Source: Paraphysomonas bandaiensis (Eukaryota > Protista > Chrysophyceae). From it: a DNA stretch of 64,000 bases. Positions 1-12,952 of this stretch are shown piece after piece. The first letter of the stretch is position 1; the number at the start of each line of letters is the position of its first letter. The translations under genes were made by a program, and so were the position numbers. A model generated the notes under the pieces. That model saw nothing but the letters and a program-made list of their open reading frames with translations. It was not told where the DNA came from and did no database searches. The stretch covers positions 124,001 to 188,000 of the forward strand of contig CBFFRP010000028.1 of assembly GCA_965644295.1 (NCBI GenBank), read 5' to 3'.

Positions 1-15
1 GCGTCTGTGTACTAG

Positions 16-1110
16 ATATGCAGGAGTTCATGAACCGCCTCATATTTCGTGCATCAGCGGCGGCACTATTCAACAACGCCCTGGCTGACGATGAAGAGCT
101 CTTTCAGCGATTCATTGACTTCGACGATATGTTCGCATTGGCAGTGGCGGGTTTGCCTGTGAAACTACTGTCAACTGGATACAGAGGTGAGCACGTGAGT
201 TTCTACTCCTTTATCCACTGTTTATTATTGTGATAGGTCGAGAAAAACTTTTATCTGAAATTACCAGGTTCAAGGATGACCTCTCACAGTTTATACAAAG
301 CCGTTACAAGTTGCTGGCGGAAGATTTTGGATATGGATGTCGCGACCTTTCTGCCAATCACCTTTCCATGCTCTGGGCTAGCGTAGGAAATACGATGCCA
401 GGTAAGTACTGGCCCCAAGTCATGTAGCCATATATGCTTCTTCATCGCTGCACGCAGCTACCTTCTGGACAATGCTCTACATTCTTCGGTCCCCAGAAGC
501 GCTAGATGCTGTTAACCGCGAACTTATTCAGGTTCTTGGAGAAAGTAGAGCGCACGACCCTGACCTACTGATATCTGCTGATGAACTGCGACGGATGGAA
601 GTTCTGGATTCCTGTATATCCGAAGCATTGCGACTCTCATCTGGGTCCCTAATAATGAGGAAGGTAACGCAAGCATGTACCTTGACTCTGAGTTCCGGGA
701 ACACATACTCCTTCCGCAAAGGCGACAGTGTTGGGGTTTTCCCACCTCTGGCGCATCATGATGCAGACATATATCCTGATCCAGAGGAGTTCCGTTACGA
801 TCGATTTGTTGGGCACCCCAGTACTCTGACGATTGACGGGAAGGAAGTCGCGAGCTCACTCTGCTTCATTCCTTTTGGTGGCGGTGTATCCTATTGTCCT
901 GGTAGAAAGTTCGCAAGAAATGAAATTAAAGCTTTGGCAGCTCAGCTTCTCCTCCGGTTCAACATCGAGTTTATGCGTCCAACGTCTTCTGAAAACAGTA
1001 GAGACCCCTATGTACCTCCTATTCCTGATGTTGACTACAGTCGGGCGGGACTGGGTGTATTCCAACCGAAAGATTGTCATATTAAAATAAGTCTATCCAA
1101 GAAGCATTGA
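16..1110 (+). CDS. Cytochrome P450, CYP7/CYP8-like (3' part; 5' end lies outside the window)
   Basis: Exons about 16-186, 237-401 and 458-1110, joined by GT-AG introns 187-236 and 402-457. The spliced I-helix WASVGNTMPATFW resembles CYP7A WASQANTIPATFW. Also present: ExxR (EALRL) and the heme motif FGGGVSYCPGRKFA. Confidence 0.9.
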
Positions 1111-3021
1111 CTGAATGGGTTATGGTAGCACTCAGGTTGTATCATGTAGGGTAAATCTTGTAGTGAAGCTATATTTTCTTTGACTGAGTGTAGTCTTATT
1201 GACTTCGCACAACGCGCAATGTGGAAGAGATAAAGATCTCTGGGATATGTCAAATGTTTGCTTGTAATAATTTCATTACACGACTAAATTACTTGTATTG
1301 TACTACTTTGGCAGCACCTAAATTCTCATATTCGTTAATAAAGACATAGGTCTTCAACTCCTAATCATTGACAAGGATGATAGATAAGCGCCCCACATGA
1401 AGTACCTTTTGAGTTTAAGAGTATGGTATTTCCAATTATGAACGATTATTGTCTTCAGTCCCTTCAATGAATTGCGTTTGTAATATATAATAGGTTCTAC
1501 TATCTACTATTCATTACGAGTAAGAATGATTGAGAATTAAGCAATAGATCATACGTTGAGGGCTGAGCAGGAGCTATCGAAGGATAACAGCCTACAGGCA
1601 TACTGTCTACGCTACTTTATATTTCTTGATCATTAGCATGTATGTCAAGCACTATTCTCCGTTTCTGATGCTCTTTCATTCAGTCACATAATATTCAACC
1701 ATGTTCTTGGCATAAAGAGTTCATTACTTATACAATATCTTTCATAGCTTTCCAAACACTATAACATCAAATGTAGCAACATTATTTCGTGTGATATAGA
1801 CTAAAAAATAAATCTAGTAGCTAGAGGTGTTCAGGCGCAGCTGTAGAAATGTCTGGAACCACTCTGCAGTAAAGAAATGTAAGGTTTCAGATGAGGTGCA
1901 TTCGTTTGCTGTTGTTATGCATGAAATATTCAGTACTACGAAGCTATGAAATATGGTGTGTGTGTATAGTGTATAGGTATACATCCCTATAGATATGTAC
2001 ATGTACAAGAAGTATGAAGAGTGAAAAAGAAAGATATATTCTTCTTCAACCCTTTTTTGTATATTTTTGTTCAAATATGCCTTTAATATTGAGATAATAA
2101 TTATCTGTATTCTAGCCGTACTTGTATAGCAGTAATATAGAGAATATTTGCTTCAATTTATTCCCGAAAAATAAGATGCGAACCGAAGATTTTTTTTGAT
2201 GGTGCGATCAATACCAGGAATACACTACGATCATATACAGCAGACGCCTTCATATCTTATCTATATGATGAAGTGCGACCGGTCCAAATATGGGCCATAT
2301 CGGGGTATGAATTGTACAGCAGATTTGTGCACATTGAAGGACCATAATATAGCTGATACAGTTATTTTACAAACCAAACGACATCATGCGAACTTTAGGA
2401 GCAAGTGATACACAGAAAGGTCAAGCTGCGGTAATCAGATACGATGGTGACCACAGCCCCAAAACCCGAAAAAAGCTGAATGAGATCGTCCATTCTGGTG
2501 ACAAATCTGGACCATACTCTACAAAACCCAACCGGTTTCGAGATCTATCTAATACTTATGATCGGAAAGCACAACAGGTCATCGATCAGGCAAGGCAAGG
2601 GAAACAAGCTCATTCAAGTGCACGAAACCAGGATAAACAAGGGAAACAAGCTCGAAAGTAATACTGTTCCTATATGCTCAATTGCATAAGATGATTTTAC
2701 TGGTTGTTTAATAAATTACGTGTTGTACAAATCATAACTGACCTTGTTCTTTCTACTTAATAATGAATGCAATCAAATATCTTATAGGTTGCAATGTTTT
2801 CGCAGTTGAGCTCGCCTCAATCATACTGCTATAGCCAACAAGCTAGTTTGTACTCAGCACACTATATGTAATGAGTTTTGTGATGCTGTCCCAAAGAACA
2901 TTGACAGATCATATAGTTGTAAAGATGCGCTGAAGATTACCAATTCACTACTCTGTCAACTCATTAGGATATAACAACGCACAATATGTTATTACACGAG
3001 TTGGCTCTTTGTGGCTCAAAT

Positions 3022-3332
3022 CAGGGATAGGGAAAAATATATTGCAATACTATTGTTAGATAGCGTTCCATCAATAGTATTGATGGAGTTTTTAAACCGG
3101 GCCTACAATACTATTGCAATATATTAGTATGACTAAGCAGTAAGTAAACACATCCGTAGTTTTTAGTACTTGTCGTTATTATAAGGTCTAAGGTCACTTG
3201 ATAATCAAACCCACTACTCTTAACTAATTAAAAGTTTCCTCATACTCATCCTCTGAGCCATCATCGGTGACATCATCATCACCATTGTATTGTACAATGT
3301 ATTGCAATACAATATATTGTTCCCTATCCCTG
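3022..3332. mobile_element. Non-autonomous hAT-type DNA transposon (MITE), 311 bp
   Basis: TIRs CAGGGATAGGGAA(A/C)AATATATTG (23 bp, 1 mismatch). Exact 8-bp TSD GCTCAAAT at 3014-3021 and 3333-3340. No coding capacity. An 8-bp TSD with CAG termini is typical of hAT elements. Confidence 0.88.
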
Positions 3333-4351
3333 GCTCAAATAATAGTATGCCGTATGCCCACCAAGTCAGCAAGATGTCCGCAATTTACTCTGACAATCAA
3401 TGAAGGTGATTAGTGGCTACTCAATAGCACATATTATGAGATATAATGCTGACTGCTAAGATAACTAGGCCGACAAACTGTAGGATGCAATGCACTTTTC
3501 ACGAATACGATCCTTCCTGCATCGTATTTGTTGTGTAAACCACTTTCAATTCGCCTGATAAATACCAATGAACGACATCTATTTGTCTCTTCTATTGACT
3601 TCCTCTTCTCTTCTCAATAGCCACAGTATAGCATATCATACACTCACAGTTGACATTAACACAGAAGTATCTCGGACTGATGGATGTGCATAAAAGAGAT
3701 AAAACATATCGTTTTTGGTCCTCGTTGCTTGCAGTGATTATTGATTTCAGTCCTAATGCTGAGAAAGGTGACGGCTGCCCTCGTGAGAATTAATAACACT
3801 GACAGCTGCTGCTATACGCACATACACCCCACGTGATTATGGAGTAGGGCGAAGCATATGAAGTTTTCTACAGAACTGCATGAGAGTTGATGCCTATCTC
3901 AACTCTTTACCCTCTCTGAAACTTCGACTCCTCTGTCTGCTCTTGCGTTACAAAGATCTTCAGACGATATCCATGACCACTTCTTCGTTTAAAGGAGGGA
4001 TTCCTAGTTTGTTGGCCTGCGAATGTTGAAATATGGTACTTCTGCTCATAGAGAATCCTGTTTCGTGCAAAAGCGGTGAAAATTCCCACTTTTTCAAAGC
4101 TTTGAATCATAAAAAGACGGAAAAAGTTGTGAGGGTTGACAAAGTGGAATATTTTGAATCGAAGTGAAGGAAGGAGTGCGTGGAAGCAGTCGAAACAAGT
4201 GCAGAGTGTACAGCTCGTCTATAGATGTATAATGCACACACTGCGGACTGTATGCTTGACCATCTCTGTTGCATGCAGGTAGTAGCAGTGCACGAAGTCC
4301 GGTAATGTTGAGTCACGATAGAGTCGAGAAAATCATGCAGTTATTGTCTCA

Positions 4352-7300
4352 ATGGAATTAAGCTTTGACGAAGTGTGTGCTCAGCTCGGCATACCTGACG
4401 TTATCCGTCGATCATACGAAAATAGAGGTCTTCGTAAGCTCCACAGCTGGCAATACGAGTGCTTATGCCATACTGGTGCATTGCTTGGCAAGAACTTGGT
4501 GTATTGCGCTCCTACTGGGGGTGGTAAAACTCTGGTGGCAGAGCTTGTGATATTAAAGACAGTGATCGTAACTCGAAAGAAATCTATACTTATATTACCA
4601 TATGTGTCATTAGTTCTTGAGAAGGAAAAGGAATTTCGGAGACTGGTCAATATTTACAACAGATCGAAATCGAAGAGTGACCGGATTAGAGTCAGAGGAT
4701 TCCATGGAGACAAGAAATCATCGAAATTTGTATCAGAAGATATACTGATATGCACAATAGAGAAGGCGAATGTTGTGGTGAACTCACTTATTGCTCGAGG
4801 GCTTGCAGGGCAAATAAGATGCGTTGTTGTTGACGAGATGCACGTTCTCGGCGATTCACAGAGGGGCTACCACTTAGAAATTCTCATCAGGTACTCTTTA
4901 ATTGATTTATAATTTACTGAATGATCAACTCAACTTTTAACATTGCAGTAAGTTGAAGTATTTGCAAAACAAAGGACGGAAGTATGTTGGGTCAGAGGCG
5001 TTTGCCTTTCAAATGGTTGCGCTGTCTGCGACCATGCCTAATATCGCAGACTTGGCGAAATGGTTCGGAGCAGCCCTATATGTCACCACTTTCCGTCCTG
5101 TTCCACTGAAAGAAATGATCAAGGCGGGGAATGAAATTGTGGATACTGCAGGTACTCATATACGCTATATTCATATTCCAGGGGAGAGCACATCCATGGA
5201 TCCTGAGACCCAGTACATGATATCTTTGTGCAAGGAAGGTCTAAGTCAAGGTCAGCAGGTGGTGATCTTTTGTTCGTCAAGAAATCAATGTGAAAGCACG
5301 GTGCGGGTGCTACTGCAGATTTATCAAAAAGAGCAAGTGGCTACTCGACACGAGGGATGTGTTCTAACTCTAGACGAATTGGAAATCGCACGTGGCTCTG
5401 CTGTTGAAAAGATATCTTCTCATAATCAGGCTTGCGGTTTCTCGGTCTCACCCTCTCAGGAGACACTTTTGGCTGCACTGCGTCACGGCGTGGCTTTTCA
5501 TCACGCGGGTATAGTACTTTTCAAGTCTAATCTGTATTTGGCTGATCAATATACTGTTAGGTTTGTCAGAACAAGAGCGCGAGGTAGTTGAAGGGTCATT
5601 CCGCCGCGGAGTAGTGAGTGTTCTAGTGGCCACCTCCACACTTGCAGCTGGAGTAAATCTCCCGGCAGGACGAGTTCTGATCCGGTCAATGCGAATAGGC
5701 CGCGATACTCTCGGGCCGACACAGTATCGGCAAATGTGTGGCCGAGCTGGGCGACCTGGACTCACCAGCTACGGTGAGTCCTTCCTATTAGTGAAGCGAA
5801 ACGAAAAGCATCTTGCCATGCAGCTGACAACTGCTCCACTGCCACTGATTCGCAGCCAAATCCATCCGACTCAGGATGGGGGAAAAGCGCTGCTGAAAGT
5901 CTTACTGGATCTTTTTGCTTTAGGACTGTGCAACACAGTAGCGGATGTTTTGGAATACGTCGAGCACACGATGGCATACGCGGAGTGTTCAATGTACCAA
6001 AAGGAAAAAGCGGCATCTGACCATGATGCACACAATGTGACAGACTTGATGACTAACACTGTCACTCTTGTGAAGTTTCTAAGTTCAGCGAATGCAATTC
6101 ATCTATTTCCTGTGTTGTCGTCGTCAACTCCAAGTGTGATGAGTCCGAGCAGTTGTTATGCCTCCGATGGGCTAGTCCACGACTACAGTATGGTTGGGAT
6201 AAAGATTTCCCGGTTCGGTCGTGCTGTGGTGGAGAGTACACTGAATCCTGATGAGGCTATCGTACTATACGAGGATCTCATGCGGGCACGGGAAGGAGGG
6301 ATAAATCTTGAGACTAATCTCTACCTGCTCTATCTGGTTACTCCACTTGCACACAATCTTTCACCGGACTTCAAAAAGCTGTGGGGAATATATGAGAAGT
6401 GCATTCGCAAGCCAGGCGACCCCATGGCTGCTACTTTTAAGAGTGTGGGAATAGATGAAGGAAAATTGTTCCGTTGGACTCACCAACCCCCACGTTACGA
6501 TGACTTGTCAAATTGTGGAGACAGATTGCGTTTGTTCAAAATTCGTGTTGCTCTTCAGAACTCAGGTAGTGACCCCCAACGACAGCAAGCCCGACTAAGC
6601 AGTGATGAATGCACCGCTTTATGCCGATGCAAGAGGCTGTGGGCGGCCTCTGCACTTAACATGCTTCTAGATTGCCAGTCAGTTGCCCAAGTTGCGTCTA
6701 CGTATATGGTATCGCCACAAGATATAACGAATCTTCGAATGAATGCTGAATTCCTGAGTTCTCGACTTGCTAAGTTTAGTAGGGAGATAGGGTGGATGAG
6801 CGTGGAGAGACTAATGAAGCATATTAACACTTGTATTGCTTGCGACAATATCCACAGTGCGGAGTGTAGGGAGCTCATGTCCATACCAGGAATGAATTTG
6901 AAGCTGGCGAAGACTCTCCTGGACAGTGGGTTTCAGTCCGTTGAGAGAGTTGCAACGGCACCTACCAATGATATCGTGCAGGCATTGCTGTTGGCTCGAC
7001 AGTTTGAAGTTATGGTATTTTTTAAAATATATATTATGTTTCTGTGATCACGGTATGCGCTGTGTATAGGACCTACATCAGTTTGAGCAGGCAACGGCAG
7101 CTGCCGACAATGAATGTGAAGACACGAACGAGAACTCGGGTAACGACGCAGTTTCTTCTGGAGATGATGCGGTATATCGACAGTTGAAGAGAATGGTCGG
7201 ATCTCTTGTTTTGGCAGCGAGGCAGCGTTGGGAGGAACTAGTAGCTGAGAGTGAAGCACAAGCAATTGAGCTCATGGCGTCCGACATTTCGACTAACGGC

Positions 7301-10300
7301 GTGTTGAAGAGCGATGAGGAGCGTGGCGTTGGTTTAGAACAAGATTGTATGACAGAAAGTGATGACGACTCTCTTTCGTCCGACGATGACGAAGGGATGG
7401 CGGGTTACATGCATCAGCAACCGGCATGGTTAACCGACGCCAAGAGTGCAGTATGTGGGACATCGACACAAGATGCAACTTTGTTGCAGTCTGAGTCCAG
7501 CGGCGGCATGGAGTTATATGATGACGACAAGAGCTGCGTTGCAGCAGTCATACAGCTTTCCCAGGCCAATGGCGTTGACAGCATGTATGCCCCATCTCCA
7601 TCGACTCACACCACTGGTAGTGATGATAAGGAAGACCAAATTGAAGAGAACAGTATTCCAGACGAAGCGTTCGTGATGCTTTTCGAGCAAATGGAAAAGC
7701 AAAGTGTATTCCAACACCCGAAGGCCCATTCTTCCTCCGCTGACATGGCTATATCAATGAATGGAGAAGGTGGCTTCTCTGAATATGTTTCCAGTAGCGC
7801 TCTTCGATCAATACCGTCTACTCCTTCTGTGTGTTTAAGGAGTTCGGATTCTATGCAATCATTGCGAAAGTCGGTGCAGCCCTCTGAAATAGCACCGCAT
7901 ATTACTCTTAAATCACAAGTTACACCCCAGTTGTCGCCATATTTGCTTCCGTACACTCCTTCCAAACGAAGCACTCCCGGTCAATACCTTTATCTGCCAC
8001 AGATAGAAGGGTCTGGGCAACGAAGAAGCCGCGCAGCGGATATTGTTGCCTCTCAACCTGATCAATTGCGCAGGGCTTTCGGGTGGAAGCATATTGGTGA
8101 AGGTTCGAACTGTGAATCGTTTCTGTCGAGTCTAAAGAGTTGCAAATGTGTTGCGTTTGAGGTTGTGTATTCAACGATACCATTTTCTTCTACGACCGGT
8201 GATGGAGTGCCATCGTACGTCGTCACCAAGGCCTGGGCCCCGCTAACTGCCTGGGCTCCGACCTCTTCCCTAATGGATACAACAAGAAAGACTAAATCGA
8301 CAGAGCCCATTATTCTAACCGGAATATCGTTTTGTTTTGGAGACGCTTACGGGTACTATGTTCCACTACCTACTATTCCCCCGATTTTGATCGCAACCGT
8401 AGAAAAACAGTCACCAATGTTATCACAGCGCTTTGCGAGGTGTAACCCGAGGGGGCTGTCCGACAGGTTGCCAGACAAAGCTAAACTCTTAATATGCCGC
8501 TATGTCGGGTTTGACAAGATATTCAACAAGTGTCCCCGTCTTAAATTGGCTGTAACTGGGAAGCATACTCCTCGCCAGGTTGAGAATAATCCACTGATGT
8601 GCGCCTCTAGGGAGTGGGCAGAGGTGTCTCGTCGGGCTTTGCGGCATGAGTGGCAACGAGGATGCTGTGTGGAGTGGAGATTGTGCAATGAGATCATGAA
8701 TAGCGACCACATATGTAAGATATCGGTGGATATGAAATCCAAGATGATGACCCTAAGGGAGCGGGACATCCTGATGAACGGTCATCTGGAAGATCCACAA
8801 GTAGCCCTATCTCTTCTTGAGTCCAACTCTTCAGTAAAACTAGATATGCCAGTGGTGAGAAGTGCCCCCAATGGTTTACCTGAGAAATTCGTTTCGATTA
8901 TCAGGTCGTGTTATGCAGCTGTCGCCTCATTTCGCGTCATGGGAGACTTGGAGCAGATCTTGACCGAAAAAGGCTTGTGGTCAACTTTTGCTAATATCGA
9001 AATGCCTCTCTGCTATACAGTTTGCGATGCCGAGCTTAATGGAATGCCAATCGATACATCTTTTTTTACTAACCTGAGACAAGACCTAAACGACAGAATT
9101 AAAGTAATTGAGTATTACTTCAAAACATGGAAAGGACCCTCATTCAATTTAGCATCACCACAAGACGTGTCGCTCCTGAAATCAGATATTAGAAATATAA
9201 TATCGTCGAATGCAAGACACGTTGGTAAAGCTCTAGCTGCTAACTTAACTACTCAGAGCTGTTCTTTTCCCCCAGACTGGAATTGTAACACATCGGTTGG
9301 AATAGACAGGACACAGTGGTCAGCGGGAAAAGAGAATGAGCCAGCTCCACAAAGCTATCTGGAAGAAAAACAGCAGAAAACTAGGGAGTTGGAGGCAAAG
9401 GTGCATAGGCATCCCGTTATGCTCTTGGTGAGAGAGTGGCGATCGCACACTCGTTTCCTTCCCACTCTCAGTGCTATACTTGGTGCTCGATTCAGGCTTT
9501 ACGGACAGGGAAATGACCGGGTTCGTGGGAACTACAGGGCTATTGGCACTGATACGGGGCGACTTATTATAGCAACTCCACCTTTGCAACAGGTTCCGCA
9601 TGACTGTACATATGTGGCGCCTGTACGACCGACTCTGCACGATGAAATGTTACAAGCAGCGTCTGTGTCGCCTTCTTCACTTCACAACATGATACAGCAA
9701 GTTAACAGCAATGCCTCTTCAGGAAACCTGGAGTGGGTACGACTTGCTTCGATGCGATCGATTCCTCCTCCACACACGAACTGTAGTTCTCTTGAGGAAT
9801 TGAATCTCAGTGTAAATGGCATGTATTGTGGAACTGGGGTATCTTTATCAAAGGTCCCAGTGGGCACTAATGGAAAACTCGTCTCTATTCTTGAAAGCAG
9901 GATCGACGAGCCCATACAGTGCAACGATGGTAGTAACATTGTACTGGTAGATATGTGGCGCGAATTCGGACATGTTTACTCGGACAAGAGAGCAAGAAGT
10001 GTCCGGGTCGTGGCCGTCAGCATTTCAGGGCGGATACGCTACTACCCCTCCGATAAGGTGTGTCGTCTTCTGGCCCCACTGATACCGAGTGAAATAGAGG
10101 TTTCGAATATATCTAGTGGGGGTGTGGAGGAGGGCGAGAGCAATGTAGTATGCGTAGGAACCTCGGATGCTTTTACATCTGTTAACCCACGAATGGGATT
10201 TCAAACATCGGGAAAATATATTCTCTTGGCATCTGATTATTCGCAAATTGAGCTCCGTATTCTTGCTCACTTTGCTGGTGATCGCAAGCTCTGTGGCGCT

Positions 10301-11224
10301 TTTGCACAGAACGAAGATATATTTAAGTCAATTGCATCGCAGTGGAAACGAAAACCTCTGGATAGAATATCAAAAGATGAGAGGAATCGAGTGAAACAAC
10401 TCTGTTATGCTCTGCTGTACGGCGCTGGTCCAGCGAAAGTAGCAGATGATGCGCAATGTACTGTAAAAGAAGCCGAAACCCTGATACAGGATTTCCTAGG
10501 ATGCTATCCTGGTATTAAATCTTTTATGGAGGAAGTGAAGAGGGCGTGTCGTAGTAAAGGGTATGTGGAAACTATGTTAGGCAGAGTCCGACACCTCCCA
10601 GCAATCAGGAGTGAGAGCAGAAAAGAAAGATCTCGAGCCGAGCGACAGGCGATTAACACCGTATGTCAGGGATCGGCTGCGGACCTTGTCAAGGTATACA
10701 GTAAACTAAATGCCTGTCATGTGTTTCATGTTTTCTACCAGCTGGCCATGATAAATATTCATCACCGCCTACAGAACGAATTTCAAAAGCGTAACTATCA
10801 CTCGAGGCGAAGCTATCCTGGTGGTGGTCTATATGCAGTTTTAGATTCTGTTAGACTAGTTCTTCAGGTGAATCTCGCATGGTATGCTGTATGTATATGA
10901 CTAAAGAGAGAACAGGTTCATGATGAGTTGGTGTACGAGGTGCCGGAGGAGTACTTGTATGATGTTGCGGAAATAGTTAGGGATTGTATGGAGGGTGCAG
11001 TGGATTTAAACGTCCCTCTTCGAGTAAAGCTTAGTGCTGGATCTACATGGGGGGATCTGAAGCCGCTCGAAATCAGTAGGCCAGAGGGTATCGTGGAATG
11101 CCCATCACCGTGTAATGTTGAATCGTCTGTTCGTCAAAGTGAAGTCATTCGTCCATGCACGGATGTGAATAGTGTTAATACCATCTCGAAACCAGTCGCA
11201 AGATGTATATTTAGAGATACATAA
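4352..11224 (+). CDS. POLQ: DNA polymerase theta (SF2 helicase plus A-family polymerase)
   Basis: Six exons (introns 4891-4948, 5509-5560, 7015-7069, 10694-10741, 10868-10915). Helicase motifs APTGGGKT, DEMH, SAT, HHAGL, TSTLAAGVNLPA, GRAGR. Pol A motifs DYSQIELRILAH, KQLCYALLYG, QGSAADLVK and LQ|VHDEL. Confidence 0.96.
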
Positions 11225-11901
11225 TATCTAATGCCCACCCCTGCATACGATTATCTTGTGAATATGATGTCGATTTTCTTGTCAGTGTAAGTTTCTTTTC
11301 TTCTACTTATTTATGAATACGATCATGATCTTGCTAAACTGCCATAATTAAAAATTAAAAATCTTATAATGTTACCCACTGTGGTAGGGTATATTGTAGA
11401 AAAGAGGCCAGTATACCCACAACATAAGCTAACGTCATTGAATGACAAATATGCTCCAGTGGCCACCAGTAGGCGTGATGACAACTCCTAAGGACTCATT
11501 AAGTGTCGATATTAGGCAGTCTAATATGGACTACCTCTCATTGGGGGGATTTATACTCCACTACGTGGGCCACAATGGTGTTTGGTATTGCCACTATGCT
11601 CACTTATTCAGGTTCATTGCGGCAGCTCTAGGCGCTTCTCTGGGATGTCACAAATCCTGTGAAGAAAGAGAGCATATGTCAAGACGAAGTGTAGAGAAGT
11701 CTTATAGTTGCAGAGTATTATAGAGACATAACATGAAGTGAAATGCTGCCCTGCCGGCAAGTTGTTGCTGCCGAATTCATCTCATAAGTAAACATTATTC
11801 AAACGTGGGAATTTACGATATTTTAGGGAAATTAGAAGAATTTACAGTATCTAAGTAAAAAAGCTTAAAACGTTATTCTGCTTACATAATGTTTACTTCA
11901 T

Positions 11902-12493
11902 TTAAACGAGAGTTAGACTGTTTAGAAAGTGTCCATGTGCAAGGTATGCTGTAACGGCAGTACCATGGATAATAACATTGGCATCCGATGGTATGTTTTC
12001 ACCATATCCCAATGCCGCGAACGTTTCAGACTGAAGGTGAGTGCAAGGAGAGGCAGTGTCGTAAAGGAAATGAACGTTGATGCTTACACAAGGCTTGGAA
12101 ACAATCAAAGGTATAAATATATGGAGCCCTGTGCCACACAGTATCCCTTCAATCGGAAATGCAGGCTCATCTTCAGTTGCTTCCATTGCCACACAGTCCC
12201 TAGCCCGTCTCTAATTATACACTTATCCTGTGGTGTTATATCACCGATGCGCACATCGTAAGCTGCAGGATGGACGGTAACGGTACCTCTCGGAAATCTA
12301 AGCTGTAGCGTTGTTGCTCCATCAAATTGACAATATAGCTCTGCAGGATAGCTAAATCTTTTCCATCTTCCATTTTTGATGCTACGTAACGAAGAGTTTT
12401 AACTTTATAGTGTGGTGGCATTTGATTTATTCAGTCTGTATCAGACTCTCCAACTATCCCCTCAAGAACTCCACTGGCATCAGTGATTTCCAT
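11902..12493 (-). pseudogene. Degraded retropepsin-like aspartic protease-domain gene
   Basis: VHFLYDTASP resembles the hh-D-T-G motif. The upstream coding-like segments are interrupted by stops and frameshifts. The C-terminal LLG strand is missing. Confidence 0.5.
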
Positions 12494-12952
12494 ATTGATC
12501 TGTTACTAATGATACACTAATTACCACCTACCTAGTATAACTATTCAGCGAAAGATAAGATGACCCCAACGTCATATGTATCCTTTCAATGAGCCAATCT
12601 TGAAATTTCCTTTAAGTACTAAGGTGGTGACAAGGTAATTTAACTAATATGATATATGACTAGATTGAATAATATTTCCAGAAAATGATACGTTAGTGGG
12701 TAGGTTCTCGATAGTAATACTGTTGTTTGTCTCCAAACTCAGTCCGTCTTTGTACTTCGAAGTATAATATTTAGTTTCGCGCAGCAACTTTCATATGCAT
12801 AATAAAAACAGTCCATTGGTTAATTCGTTAGCCACAATCTATGAATACTTTGGCTTATTTAATCATATCTATACCGCACTATAACATATAGGACAGTACA
12901 TATGTCAGTTCGGAAATTGAAGTAAGCATCATACGTCCGCTGAGATCTACTA

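Noticed and set aside
3907-4316. Short minus-strand ORFs divergent from POLQ
   Set aside because: There are no recognisable motifs and I could not build a convincing spliced model.
12430-12440. In-frame TGA suggesting an alternative genetic code
   Set aside because: TGA, TAA and TAG all terminate intact conserved genes here (P450, PSMA4, AspRS), and this stop lies in a degraded locus.
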